Shown in pieces: positions 52,639-64,000 of a DNA stretch of 64,000 nucleotides. The DNA is from Octopus vulgaris (Eukaryota). The translations under genes were made by a program, and so were the position numbers. Where the stretch lies: NCBI GenBank assembly GCA_951406725.2, contig OX597831.1, positions 83,762,001-83,826,000 of the forward strand, given 5' to 3'. The notes below the pieces were generated by a model. The model was not told the DNA's origin and ran no database searches. It saw only the letters and a list, made by a program, of their open reading frames with translations. Every line of letters starts with the position of its first letter. Position 1 is the first letter of the stretch.

Positions 52639-52699
<61 letters not shown>

Positions 52700-52700
<1 letters not shown>

Positions 52701-53444
52701 GTCTCTTGCAAGAAGTTTATGGACCGTCTTCTCTGATGACACCACTTTGAAGCAGGGATGGTAAAGAACTTCGTGATTCACAAGGAATTCTGCGATGGGG
52801 GCAAGAACACTGATGAACTTTTGAATCAGCAGTTTGTAGTTAGTGAGGATGTTCTCAATCTCATACCTGGATTACCCGTGAAGGCAGCACTCGCAGAACC
52901 ACCAAAGTTGGAAGAAGTTGCAGTGGCTGTCTCAATGATGAATATTGGGAAATCTCCGGGCATGGATGGCATACATGCGGAGTTGTTACAGCATGGTGGT
53001 GAGAAACTTCTGCAGCAACTTCACTCTTTGTTTGGTAAGATATGGGCTAGTGAATCTGTACCTGAGGACTGGAGAGATACAGTAACGGTGGTCTTGTATA
53101 AGGGAAAGGGCAACAGGAATGATTTTGGTAACTATAAGGGAATATCATTGCTTTCTGTCGTAGGAAAGGTTTTATGCAGGGTACTTCTGGATCGTCTGCT
53201 GAAACACGTTGCAGATTGTGTTCTTCCAGAAAGTCAATCTGGCTTTCATGTGGGACGTGGCACTGCTGATAGGATCTTTTCAGCTAGACAGCTTCAGGAG
53301 AAGTGTGTGGAACAGGGTCTGGATTTGTATCAGGTTTTTGTCGATCTGACAAAAGCCTTTAATACCGTTAATAGAAAAGCATTGTGGAAAGTCCTCCAGA
53401 AACTTGGGTGTCCTGAAAAGTTCCTTGCTTTGGTGGAAGGGTAG
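52700..53444 (+). mobile_element. RTE (BovB/RTE-1-like) RT fragment, distinct family
   Basis: ORF 52758-53444: KSPGMDGIHAELL, NYKGISLLSVVGK, PESQSGF, ARQLQEKC, FVDLTKAFNTV. Confidence 0.9.
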
Positions 53445-53647
53445 TCAACACTCAAGACAGCTATTATGCTGTCCCCAACAAAAAAACCACTACGTGGATT
53501 CTTTTGAGACTAGTAAGGAACAATTATGAACTTTTTTATTACACTTAACTTTTTAAAATATTTTTGATAAGGTTCGTTTTTATCAAGGACCAAAATATGT
53601 AAAATAAAAATTTATCTTATATAGTAGCGTTTTTCAAACTTCGTTTT

Positions 53648-53721
<74 letters not shown>

Positions 53722-53826
53722 CGTGACCGACCAGGCCATCAGATGTTGTTACACATCGCTGGTCACAATGCGCTTCGCATTGTTTTAGCCTTCAAATGAC
53801 GCCATCCCGCTGGCTAAGCGAGCAGG

Positions 53827-53884
<58 letters not shown>

Positions 53885-54328
53885 AAAGCAATTAAGATTC
53901 AAATCAATTCTAAAGAATTTACTTGAATGTGGTACTTAACTTAGATGCACCAGAAAACTATATGGTGTTAACCATACAGTAATGTGGGGTGATTATAAAC
54001 GAGAAAGAAGCAACAAGAATGGATTAGTTTTTAGTACAATTGTTTCATACAAAGACAGGCTTTATTACAAATTACAGCAGATAAAAATGTCCCGTACTCA
54101 TCAGCTATAATACATGTGAGTTCTCCAAACATCTTATTGGGTGAGGCTATACTCATGAAGTATTGGAGATAATTTCATTTAAGGCAGATTTAGGTTGCAA
54201 ACAGATTTCCAAAGTTCCTTAATGATGATGCACAGTCTTTTATCTGCTGCAATTTTTGCAACTTGTAATAAAGCCTGTCTTTGTATGAAACAATTGTACT
54301 AAAAACTAATCCATTCTTGTTGCTTCTT
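53885..54328. mobile_element. Penelope-like pLTR unit with inverted partial copy
   Basis: 54006-54087 is inverted at 54237-54328. Contains a hammerhead motif and is flanked by (TA)n. Confidence 0.7.
54032..54107 (-). ncRNA. Type I hammerhead ribozyme, canonical core
   Basis: uag-CUGAUGA-GUACGGGACA...UGUCUUUGUAU-GAAA-CAAUUG-UA|cua. Predicted cleavage between 54035 and 54034. Confidence 0.8.
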
Positions 54329-54344
54329 ATATATGTATATATAT

Positions 54345-54974
<630 letters not shown>

Positions 54975-54982
54975 ATGTATGT

Positions 54983-55700
54983 ATACAAGATAAGAAAATG
55001 GAGAAATACATCTAAATCAAATATCAATTACCAGATAATACTCAATCACATACTTTATTAAACCACCACATAAGAGACTGTAGGGTTAAACATAAAAATG
55101 CAGAACAAATCAGTGTACATAAAGGAATGTACATAAAAAAGTGTACATAAAAGAGTAATGTTGTATAATAAGTAGAATATATATAAAAAAGAGAATATAA
55201 ATATAAGTAAATATAAATATAAGTATAGATTGCATCTTACAGCTGTTTCGACCATGTAGATAAGTATGTCTCATTTTACCAATATTAGCCTTTTATGGTA
55301 GGTCAATATATAGATATAAATGAGACATTTACAAAAACATCATAAGGCCTCTTCGGAGATTTATGTACACTTTTTTATGTACATTCCTTTATGTACACTG
55401 ATTTGTTCTGTTTTTTTTTTATGTTTAACCCTACAGTCTCTTATGTGGTGGTTTAATAAAGTATGTGATTGAGTATTATCTGGTAATTGATATTTGATTT
55501 AGATGCATTTCTCCATTTTCTTATCTTGTATTAGTAATTTGTGGTAAATCATTTTACCTTTGCCCATATAATACAGTAAATAAATTGATTGCATCGCAAT
55601 CCTTAACATTTATGTATTAACTTTGTTGGGTACTTCACTAGCAGTATATTGGATATATGTTATCCCATGGAGGGTTGCATTTACAACCCCTATCTCAATT
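54983..55700. mobile_element. Penelope-like pLTR unit, divergent inverted arms, in (TA)n
   Basis: 54983-55150 is inverted at 55362-55531. Homologous to 55795-56642 and 60866-61980. Confidence 0.75.
55234..55360 (-). ncRNA. Type I hammerhead motif with ~100-nt stem II (U4C variant)
   Basis: aucu-CCGAAGA-GGCC...GGUC-GAAA-CAGCUG-UA|agau. Confidence 0.7.
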
Positions 55701-55790
<90 letters not shown>

Positions 55791-55794
55791 ATTA

Positions 55795-56642
55795 GAAAGT
55801 GAGATAGGGGTTGTGAGTGTAACCCTCTATGGGATGACATATATCCAATATACTGCCAGTAAAGCACCCAGAAATGCTAATACATAAATGCTAAGAATTG
55901 CAATGCAATTAATTCCTTTATTGTATTATATGGGCGAAGGTAAAATATTTTACCTCAAATTCATAATACAAAATAAGAAAATGGAGGAATACACTTTAAT
56001 CAATCATCAGCTACCATATAATACCCATTCACATAATTTATTGACCAACTACATAGGAACATCCATATCAAACACAATACAGGACAAAACAGTACACATC
56101 AATGAGTAATATGATACCATAAGTACAATACGTATAAATAAATATTGATATAAACTAGATCTTACAGCTGTTTCAGCCATGTGGATAAGAGTATCTCATT
56201 ATGCTCATATTAGCCAGGTGTGTTAAGGTAATATGTGGTTATAAATGAGATACTTACATATATATCCCAAGGCCTCTTCAGAGATTATAAAGTACAATTC
56301 AAATATGAATATTAGAGAAGGTACACATATACAAGAATAAGTACATATACATAATATACACATACATATAAGTGCATATACACATGCACCTACATATATA
56401 TAAGTATATACATAATAATAATAATATGGCTGAAACAGCTGTAAGATCTAGTTTATATTTATATTTATTGATATGTATTGTACTTATGGTATCATATTAC
56501 TCATTGATGTGTACTGTTTCGTCCTGTATTATTGTGTTTGATATGGATGTTCCTATGTAGTTGGTTAATAAATTATGTGAATGGGTATTGTATGGTAGTT
56601 GATGATGGAGGAAGTGTATTCCTCCATTTTCTTATTTTGTAT
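55795..56642. mobile_element. Penelope-like pLTR unit, divergent inverted arms, in (TA)n
   Basis: 55965-56181 is inverted at 56425-56642. Confidence 0.75.
56159..56285 (-). ncRNA. Type I hammerhead ribozyme with ~100-nt stem II, canonical core
   Basis: aucu-CUGAAGA-GGCC...GGCU-GAAA-CAGCUG-UA|agau. Confidence 0.8.
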
Positions 56643-56733
56643 ATTTATATATATAAGTGTGTATATATATAAGTGTGTATATATATAAGTGTGTATATAT
56701 ATATGTATGTATATATATATGTGTATATATATG

Positions 56734-56765
<32 letters not shown>

Positions 56766-56766
56766 A

Positions 56767-56847
<81 letters not shown>

Positions 56848-56883
56848 GATAAGAAAGTTTGTTTGGTAAAGCACGTGGGTGAA

Positions 56884-57650
56884 TATATAAGAAAATAGTA
56901 AAGTGTGAAAAAACGACAGAAGGCTTAAATGTTAAAAAAAATATATATTTGTGTCAAAATGTCTGGAGAATATTGGAAAAATTTTTTTTCGGACAGAAAT
57001 TTAAGATCAAATCTAACTTTACTTGTGCCTCTGAAAACATAATTTATGTTATTAAATGCTCGGGCTGCCACCAAGACTACGTGGGTTCCACGGGACTATC
57101 ACTCAGGCGCAGATGCACACTGCATCGACAACAGATTGCATTCCCAGAATATAGAATGATACCTTTTAGTGAGCACATTGAGAAATGCGCAAAGCAACTA
57201 CTGCCACAATTTTTAATCTTCCCATTTTACCAATGTGCTTTCGGATCATCAACACAAATGAGACTGAACAAGGAAACATTCTTCATTGAAAAGTACAAAC
57301 CCAGACTCAACCATCCGAACACACTGACACAGAGAAATTAACAAGGAAATGGGAAAAAAATTTTTTAAGCGATTATCTCCCCTACACCGGAAAAAATCAC
57401 TCACTACCTCCCCTTATTTAGAAATCTCCTGGAAATAAAAACAACGATAATTCCATGCAATATAAACATAACGTCACAAGAAATTTGAAAAGCTACACGC
57501 GAAACCGGTAATTTCTTTAAAAATTTTAAAATTATGTCATTTTAAGGAAAGGGAAAAAAATTTTTCCAATATTCTCCAGACATTTTGACACAAATATATA
57601 TATTTTTTAACATTTAAGCCTTCTGTCGTTTTTTCACACTTTACTATTTT

Positions 57651-57657
<7 letters not shown>
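56884..57657 (+). mobile_element. 5'-truncated Penelope-like element: GIY-YIG endonuclease end, pLTR and inverted 5' tail
   Basis: ORF 56949-57341 FKIKSNFTCASENIIYVIKCSGCHQDYVGSTGLSLRRRCTLH...RLNKETFFIEKYKPRLN. 56884-56990 is inverted at 57553-57657. Confidence 0.88.
57479..57516 (+). ncRNA. Degenerate minimal hammerhead in the Penelope pLTR
   Basis: agaaau-UUGAAAA-gc uacac gc-GAAA-CCGG-UA|auuucu. Stem I is perfect; the core has two substitutions. Confidence 0.55.
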
Positions 57658-57695
<38 letters not shown>

Positions 57696-57728
57696 ATATA
57701 CATGTATGTATATATATATGTATGTATG

Positions 57729-57765
<37 letters not shown>

Positions 57766-57799
57766 ATATATGTATATATATGTATGTATGTATATATAT

Positions 57800-60710
57800 A
57801 TTGGACCTGATATAGGGGATGCAGAAATACACATTCCGCAATATGCAGTCATACGCTCAGATAGAAAAGGGAGGAGCCATGGTGGAGTTGCAACGTACAT
57901 CCAAGATGACCTCACGCCCCAGGTCCTGTTGTCATATTCAAACTCAGTGTGTGACACTCAAATTGTACACATAAGACAACTGAATATCGTCATATGCACT
58001 ACATATCGCCCACCAGATGCCCCAAATCATCCAAGCATGTTTGAAGACTGCCTAACAAAAATAGGAGAAGTCCTCACCAACCTTGAACAACACAACAGTG
58101 TATTCTTCATGGGTTGCTTTAACTTCCCCAATGTGGAATGGCCTGGGGGGCAGATGCTCTCAGGGATGACACACCATCAGCAGGCAGAGTCCTGCTCCAT
58201 CTCACAAATGCCTCTTTTATGGAGTTCTGTAACCAACAAGGGCAGATAATATACTGGATTTCTGCTTCACAAACAATATGAATATTATCCATAATGTTAA
58301 AGTGATGCCGACGATGATCTCAGATCACAACATGATAGAGCTGTCTATGTATGGACCAAAAGCCCCCGTAGACATACAGCCTATACGAAGCATCCACCAT
58401 CTCTCCAACTTAAACTTTCATAAAGCAAACTGGAAGTTGATTGAGAAAGAGATCCTCAAACAGGATTGGCCTAAATGTCTCTCCATACCGGACATTAACA
58501 TGAAACACAAACACTTCATGTCCATAATACAAGCCATATGTGACAAATATGTCCCAGAGTACAGGGCCAGCACACACAAAAACAAAAACAGGATCCCTAG
58601 AGAAAGGAGGATTCTTATGAGACGACGGACAAGGATTGCAAACCGCCTGAGCAAGCACAAAAAAGTGGGGAGAAGTCTCGGCTCGAGAGAATGCTAATGG
58701 AAATTGAGAAAAGTCTGCATCAATCCCATGAAAAGGAGAGAGCAGCTAAAGAAGTTTGGGTAATAGAAAATATAAAATCAAACCCTAAAGCTTTCGTTAA
58801 GTTTGCCAAAGAGACAGCCACAGTGCACCAGAGAATAGGACCTCTTTTCCAAAAAGATGGCTCTCTCACAGGAAATCCCACGAGGATAAGTGAAATACTG
58901 AACGAACAATTCCAAAGTGTGTTCACTACACCTCTAGGACACAGGCAAGTAAACAACCCAGAAGAATTCTTTGCCACTTTACCTGCGGCCAAAGAGGCAA
59001 ACATTGAGTACATCAACATCGAAGATGATGATATCACACTAGCCATAGATGAGATTGACACAAACTCAGCTGCTGGACCTGATGGGTTTCCAGCGATCCT
59101 TCTCAAATCGTGCAAACGAGCCCTTGCAAAACCGCTACAGCTTCTTTTTCAGAGCTTTCTTGCAAGCGGTAAGCTCCCAGTCAAATTGAAAGAGGGGGTA
59201 ATATGCCCTATCCATAAGGGAGGTAGCAGAGCAAATGCTAAAAATTATAGGCCTTATCTCTCTGACCTCACACATCAGCAAAGTCATGGAACGAATAGTC
59301 CGCAAGAAACTAATCATGTTCCTTGAAGGAAATGACTTCATGTCTGACTCCCAGTATGGATTTCGACCAGGTAGAGGCTGCCTAACACAGCTCCTGCAAC
59401 ACTATGACTGGGTGTTGAAACAGCTACTAAATGGCTCAAATGTGGATGTAATATATGTCGACTTTGCAAAAGCCTTTGATGAAGTCGACCATGGTATGAT
59501 CTGTCACAAGCTGCGTGGTCTCGGCATAGGCGGGAAACTTGGAGAGTGGCTGCACAACTTCCTAAAAGACAGAAGACAGGCAGTTGTGAGCAATGGAGCC
59601 ACCTCCAAGGAAACACAAATAACAAGCGGTGTTCCACAGGGCACTGTCTTGGGGCCACTGATGTTCATAGTGGCCCTTTCAGACATGCCTTCAGTTGCTA
59701 CGATGACCACCCTTGCTAGCTATGCAGATGACACAAAAGTCTCCCACACAATACAAAACCCTGAAAATATTGTGCATCTGCAACAGGAGTTGGATAAAAT
59801 ATACAGGTGGGCGGAGGACAACAACATGCAGTTTAATGCAGGTAAGTTCCAGGCCCTGCACTACCGGCACACAAAGGTAAACGACGCCCAGACTGGATAC
59901 ACTGGCCCAGGAAGAATTGCAATCCCTGAGTCAAAATCAGTGCGTGACCTAGGCACTGACATGAGCAATGATGCATCTTTCCAAGTGCATATTACTAATC
60001 TGGTGATAAAATGCAGACGGCTAGCTGGATGGATTCTCCGAACTTTCAGAACAAGAGAGAAGGAGACACTGATGGTCCTCTGGAAAACATTCGTCCTCAG
60101 CCGCTTGGACTACTGCTCCCAACTATGGTCACCACACAATATAAAACTAACAGCAGAACTCGAAGCAATTCAGAGAAGCTACACAAAGAAAATCGTCTCA
60201 ATGCAAAATATCAGCTACTGGGAAAGACTGAAGGTATTAAACCTCTTCTCCCTAGAGCGGAGGCGGGAGAGATATGCAGTGATATACATCTGGAAAATCC
60301 TGGAGGGTCTTGTCCCAAATTTTGGCATTCAAAGTTACCCCAACTGCAGAACGGGGCGCCACTGCATTGTGCCAAAGATTCCAGCATCACCATCAAAATA
60401 CAGGACCAGATACTGAAACAGCTTGGGTTTCAGAGGACCACAGCTCTTTAACATCCTCCCTAAATGCCTAAGAGACTTACATGGTGTGGATGTGGGTTTC
60501 TTTAAAAATAAACTGGATCTCTTCTTGTCGGGAGTCCCAGATGAACCTACCTCACGACAGGAGATGCAGATGCGGGCAGCAGCATCGAACTCCCTTGTTG
60601 ATCAAGTGCCACGTATCAGAGGTGGATTCACATATTAGTGTAGCTCATTCAGCGGTGGTGCCCCAGCATGGCCGCGGCCTTCGGGCTAAAACATTTTTAA
60701 GGATTTAAGG
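57800..60710 (+). mobile_element. CR1-group LINE, nearly complete ORF2 (APE and RT), a few frameshifts
   Basis: [50 protein letters not shown], then the conserved 3' tail at 60652-60692. Confidence 0.93.
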
Positions 60711-60756
60711 ATATATATATATGTATGTATGTATGTATATGTATGTATGTATGTAT

Positions 60757-60796
<40 letters not shown>

Positions 60797-60865
60797 GTAT
60801 GAATATATATATGTATGTATATATATATATATATATGTATATATATGTATATATATATATGTACA

Positions 60866-61565
60866 AAGTGAGATAGGGGTTATGAGTGTAACCCACTATG
60901 GGATATCAGTTCTCCAATATACTGCCAGTAAAGTACCCAAAAGGCTAATATATAAATGCTTACAATTGCAATGCAATTAGTTCATTTATTGTATTAGATG
61001 GGTGAAGGTAAAATATTTTACCTCAAATTCATAATACAAATAATAAAATGGAGGAACAGATTCCTTTCAATCATCGACTTACAGATATTACCAATTCATA
61101 TAATTTATTAATTAATTAAATAGGAACATCCAAATCCAACAGAATAAAACAATATACATCAATAAGTAAAATAATACCATAAAAATATTACATATAAAAT
61201 GAATCTTACAGCTGTTTCAGCCTGTAGATAAAAGTATCTCATTGTGCCTATATTAGTCCATAGGCATCTGTCTATATATTATATTATATTGTGTTACACT
61301 GTATTATATTATACTATATTTTATGTGGTATTTTCCATCTACTATGTATTGTGAATAGCAGAATGCACATATTCCATTATTGGTATTATTAATAATAATA
61401 ATAATATTAATTTTTTTGGTAATGTAATACAATGACCTTTGGACTTTTTATGTGTACCCTTTGATGTGGATATATATGTATACTCCAGTATATATATTTG
61501 ATTATCTGTAACCTTATGTGTATGTATATTATTATATATATACTTATATATATGTATATACACTT

Positions 61566-61632
<67 letters not shown>

Positions 61633-61980
61633 TCTTGTATATGTGTATGTGTATTTTGTTTCATATTTATATTTGCATTTTATATTTTCATAATTGTACT
61701 TTATAATCTCTGACGAGGCCCTGAGATATATATATAACTCATTATTAACTGCATATTTAACTCATTTTTAACTGAATAATATAGGCACAATAAGATACCT
61801 TTATCTACAGGCTGAAACAGCTGTACGATCCATTTTATATGTAATAATTTTATGGTATTATCTTACTTATTGATGTATATTTTTTTATTGTTTTATTCTG
61901 TTGGATTTGGATGTTCCTATTTAATTAGTTAATAAATGATATGAATTGGTATTATCTGTAAGTTGATGATTCTTATTTGT
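60866..61980. mobile_element. Penelope-like pLTR unit, divergent inverted arms
   Basis: Starts aagtgagataggggtt as at 55797. 61070-61255 is inverted at 61779-61970. Confidence 0.75.
61706..61829 (+). ncRNA. Type I hammerhead ribozyme with ~97-nt stem II
   Basis: aucu-CUGACGA-GGCC...GGCU-GAAA-CAGCUG-UA|cgau. Confidence 0.75.
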
Positions 61981-62008
61981 ATTATATATGTATATATATA
62001 TATGTATA

Positions 62009-62077
<69 letters not shown>

Positions 62078-62079
62078 AT

Positions 62080-62880
62080 AAAAAACATTACGTTATATAA
62101 TTAGGGTTTAGTAAAAAAAATTACTTTACCACACACCAAACTTTTAGAAATAGCAGCCAAAAAGTTTAGCTATTTCCTCTACTATAAGAAAAGTCTCCCA
62201 GACAATGTATACTCAAAATAATTCATGTAGGTGTAGAGGGGAAAAATAACGAAAGGTCACACGTACATCGATTACTTGAGAACGCCGTTTCTGGATTAGT
62301 TGGATATAGAGATCAACATTTCCGTCATCAGCCCAAGATTTCTTTAGGTTTGAATTTGAGGGCATTGAAAATCGGACATATCCGTCGGATATGAGTAATC
62401 CCAGACAAATCATCTTCGACTGCCAGTACTAACGAATTTAAAAAGTACGAATGGGGCTACACATCCTTCCCCGTCCACCCACGTGAGTTATAGAGCAACA
62501 AATCGCTACAGAGGGATCTGCAGTTTATTATCAGGGAGAGAGAATTATATTGTCAATAATAAAAGGATAAAATTAATTAATTATTTAATTATTAATTAAA
62601 AATTTTACCAAGTAGTGTTTTACCAAGTAGTGTAAAAAGACCATTTTTCGTTATTTTTCCCTCTATACCTACGTGAATTATTTTTGAGTATACATTGTCT
62701 GGGAGACTTTTCTTATAGTAGAGGAAATAGCTAAACTTTTTTTAGCTATTTCCTCTACTATAAGAAAAGTCTCCCAGACAATGTATACTCAAAAATAATT
62801 CACGTAGGTATAGAGGGAAAAATAACGAAAAATGGTCTTTTTACATACTGAACACTACTTGGTAAAATTATTATTGACAA
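62080..62880. mobile_element. Penelope-like unit (another family) with direct and inverted ~100-bp segments
   Basis: 62165-62257 recurs inverted at 62640-62736 and direct at 62741-62837, giving a hairpin centred near 62740. Confidence 0.65.
62275..62337 (-). ncRNA. Type I hammerhead motif
   Basis: cuuggg-CUGAUGA-cGGA...UCCa-GAAA-CGGCG-UU|cucaag, with a 6-bp stem I. Confidence 0.7.
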
Positions 62881-62925
62881 TATATGTGTGTGTATATATG
62901 CATATGTATATATATATGTATATGT

Positions 62926-63147
62926 ATCATCATCATCATCATCATCATCGTTTAGCGTCCGCTTTCCATGCTAACATGGGTTGGACGGTTCAACTGGGGT
63001 CTGGGAAGCCAGAAGGCTGCACCAGGCCCAGTTTGATCTGGCAATGTTTCTACGGCTGGATGCCCTTCCTAACGCCAACCACTCCATGAGTGTAGTGGGT
63101 GCTTTTTACGTGCCACCGGCACAGGTGCCAGACGAGTCTGGCAAACG

Positions 63148-63150
<3 letters not shown>
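62926..63150 (-). mobile_element. RTE LINE 3' tail
   Basis: (CAT)n followed by cgtttagcgtccgctttccatgc, matching 468-690. Confidence 0.88.
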
Positions 63151-63192
<42 letters not shown>

Positions 63193-63246
63193 TTATATAT
63201 ATATGTGTGTATATATATATATATGTATATAGGCACTATGCTATTC

Positions 63247-63285
63247 CAGATTGAAGACGAGCAATGACTCAGAAACTAGTCTCTG
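63247..63285 (+). ncRNA. Minimal type I hammerhead motif (C3U variant)
   Basis: caga-UUGAAGA-cGAG caauga CUCa-GAAA-CUAG-UC|ucug. Confidence 0.6.
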
Positions 63286-63435
63286 AGTGATGGCTTAGCT
63301 GAGTGGAGGTGCTTATCTCCCCCTTCTAAACATAAGAACTCAGGAAATGCCTAAAAGCTGACAGGAAGCGGTGCTGCTTCCTAGGGCTAAATAGCAGTAG
63401 TATTATTTCCTTCATGGAACTGTCACATTAAGTTG

Positions 63436-64000
63436 ACAGCATACAAGTACTTTCATCCCAAAAGTAGCGAAACGTCCCGCCTAAAAACAACACTGATGGA
63501 GATAGAAAAAAGGCTGCAACAATCCTATGTGAGGGAGAAAGCAGACAAAGAAGCCTGGCTTATAAAAAACATTAAGTCAAACCCAAAGGCCTTTTTTCAT
63601 TACGTGAAAGAAACAACCTCAGAACGCTGCAATATAGGACTCCTCTTCCAAAAGGATGGCTCCCTCACAGACAGGCCAACTAGGATCAGTGAGGTACTGA
63701 ATGACCACTTCAAAAGTGCCTTCATCACCCCATTGGAACACAGACAAGTGAACGAATCAATGAATTTCTTTGCCAACTCACCTATAACCATTGAGGCAGT
63801 TACAATAGAATACACTGACATTAGCAAAGAAGATATACTATTAGCCATAGATGAAGTGGACACAAATTAAACTGCTGGTCCTGATGGTTTCTCAGCAATC
63901 CTCCTCAAAGCATGTAAGCATGCCCTGGCAAAACCCTTCCAGATTCTCTTCCAGAGCTTTCTTACGAATGGCAAACTGCCAAGCAAGCTGAAGGAGGGAA
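63436..64000 (+). mobile_element. CR1-group LINE ORF2 fragment running off the window
   Basis: EKADKEAWLIKNIKSNPKAFF...GPDGF, homologous to 58691-59200. Confidence 0.88.

Overview
Eukaryotic, repeat-dense 64-kb window. The C2H2 zinc-finger array, the SINE/LINE spectrum and the (TA)n/(CA)n microsatellites suggest a coleoid cephalopod, probably Octopus (inference only). The only recognisable host gene is a frameshifted tandem C2H2 zinc-finger gene (~29.8-31.5 kb) with a decayed second array just downstream. Almost everything else is transposon-derived: Tx1-type L1-clade LINEs stacked inside GATA/GACA microsatellites, RTE LINEs with a PHD finger next to the RT, CR1-group LINEs, tRNA-derived SINEs, mariner, Tc1, Merlin, Helitron and Gypsy relics, and several palindromic MITEs. 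The most striking signal is a cluster of about eight type I hammerhead-ribozyme motifs between 52.4 and 63.3 kb. Most sit in Penelope-like inverted-repeat units inserted in (TA)n tracts, next to a Penelope GIY-YIG endonuclease fragment. Three carry an unusually long (~100 nt) stem II with covariation. All calls were made by eye; no searches or folding programs were run, and boundaries of decayed elements are approximate.
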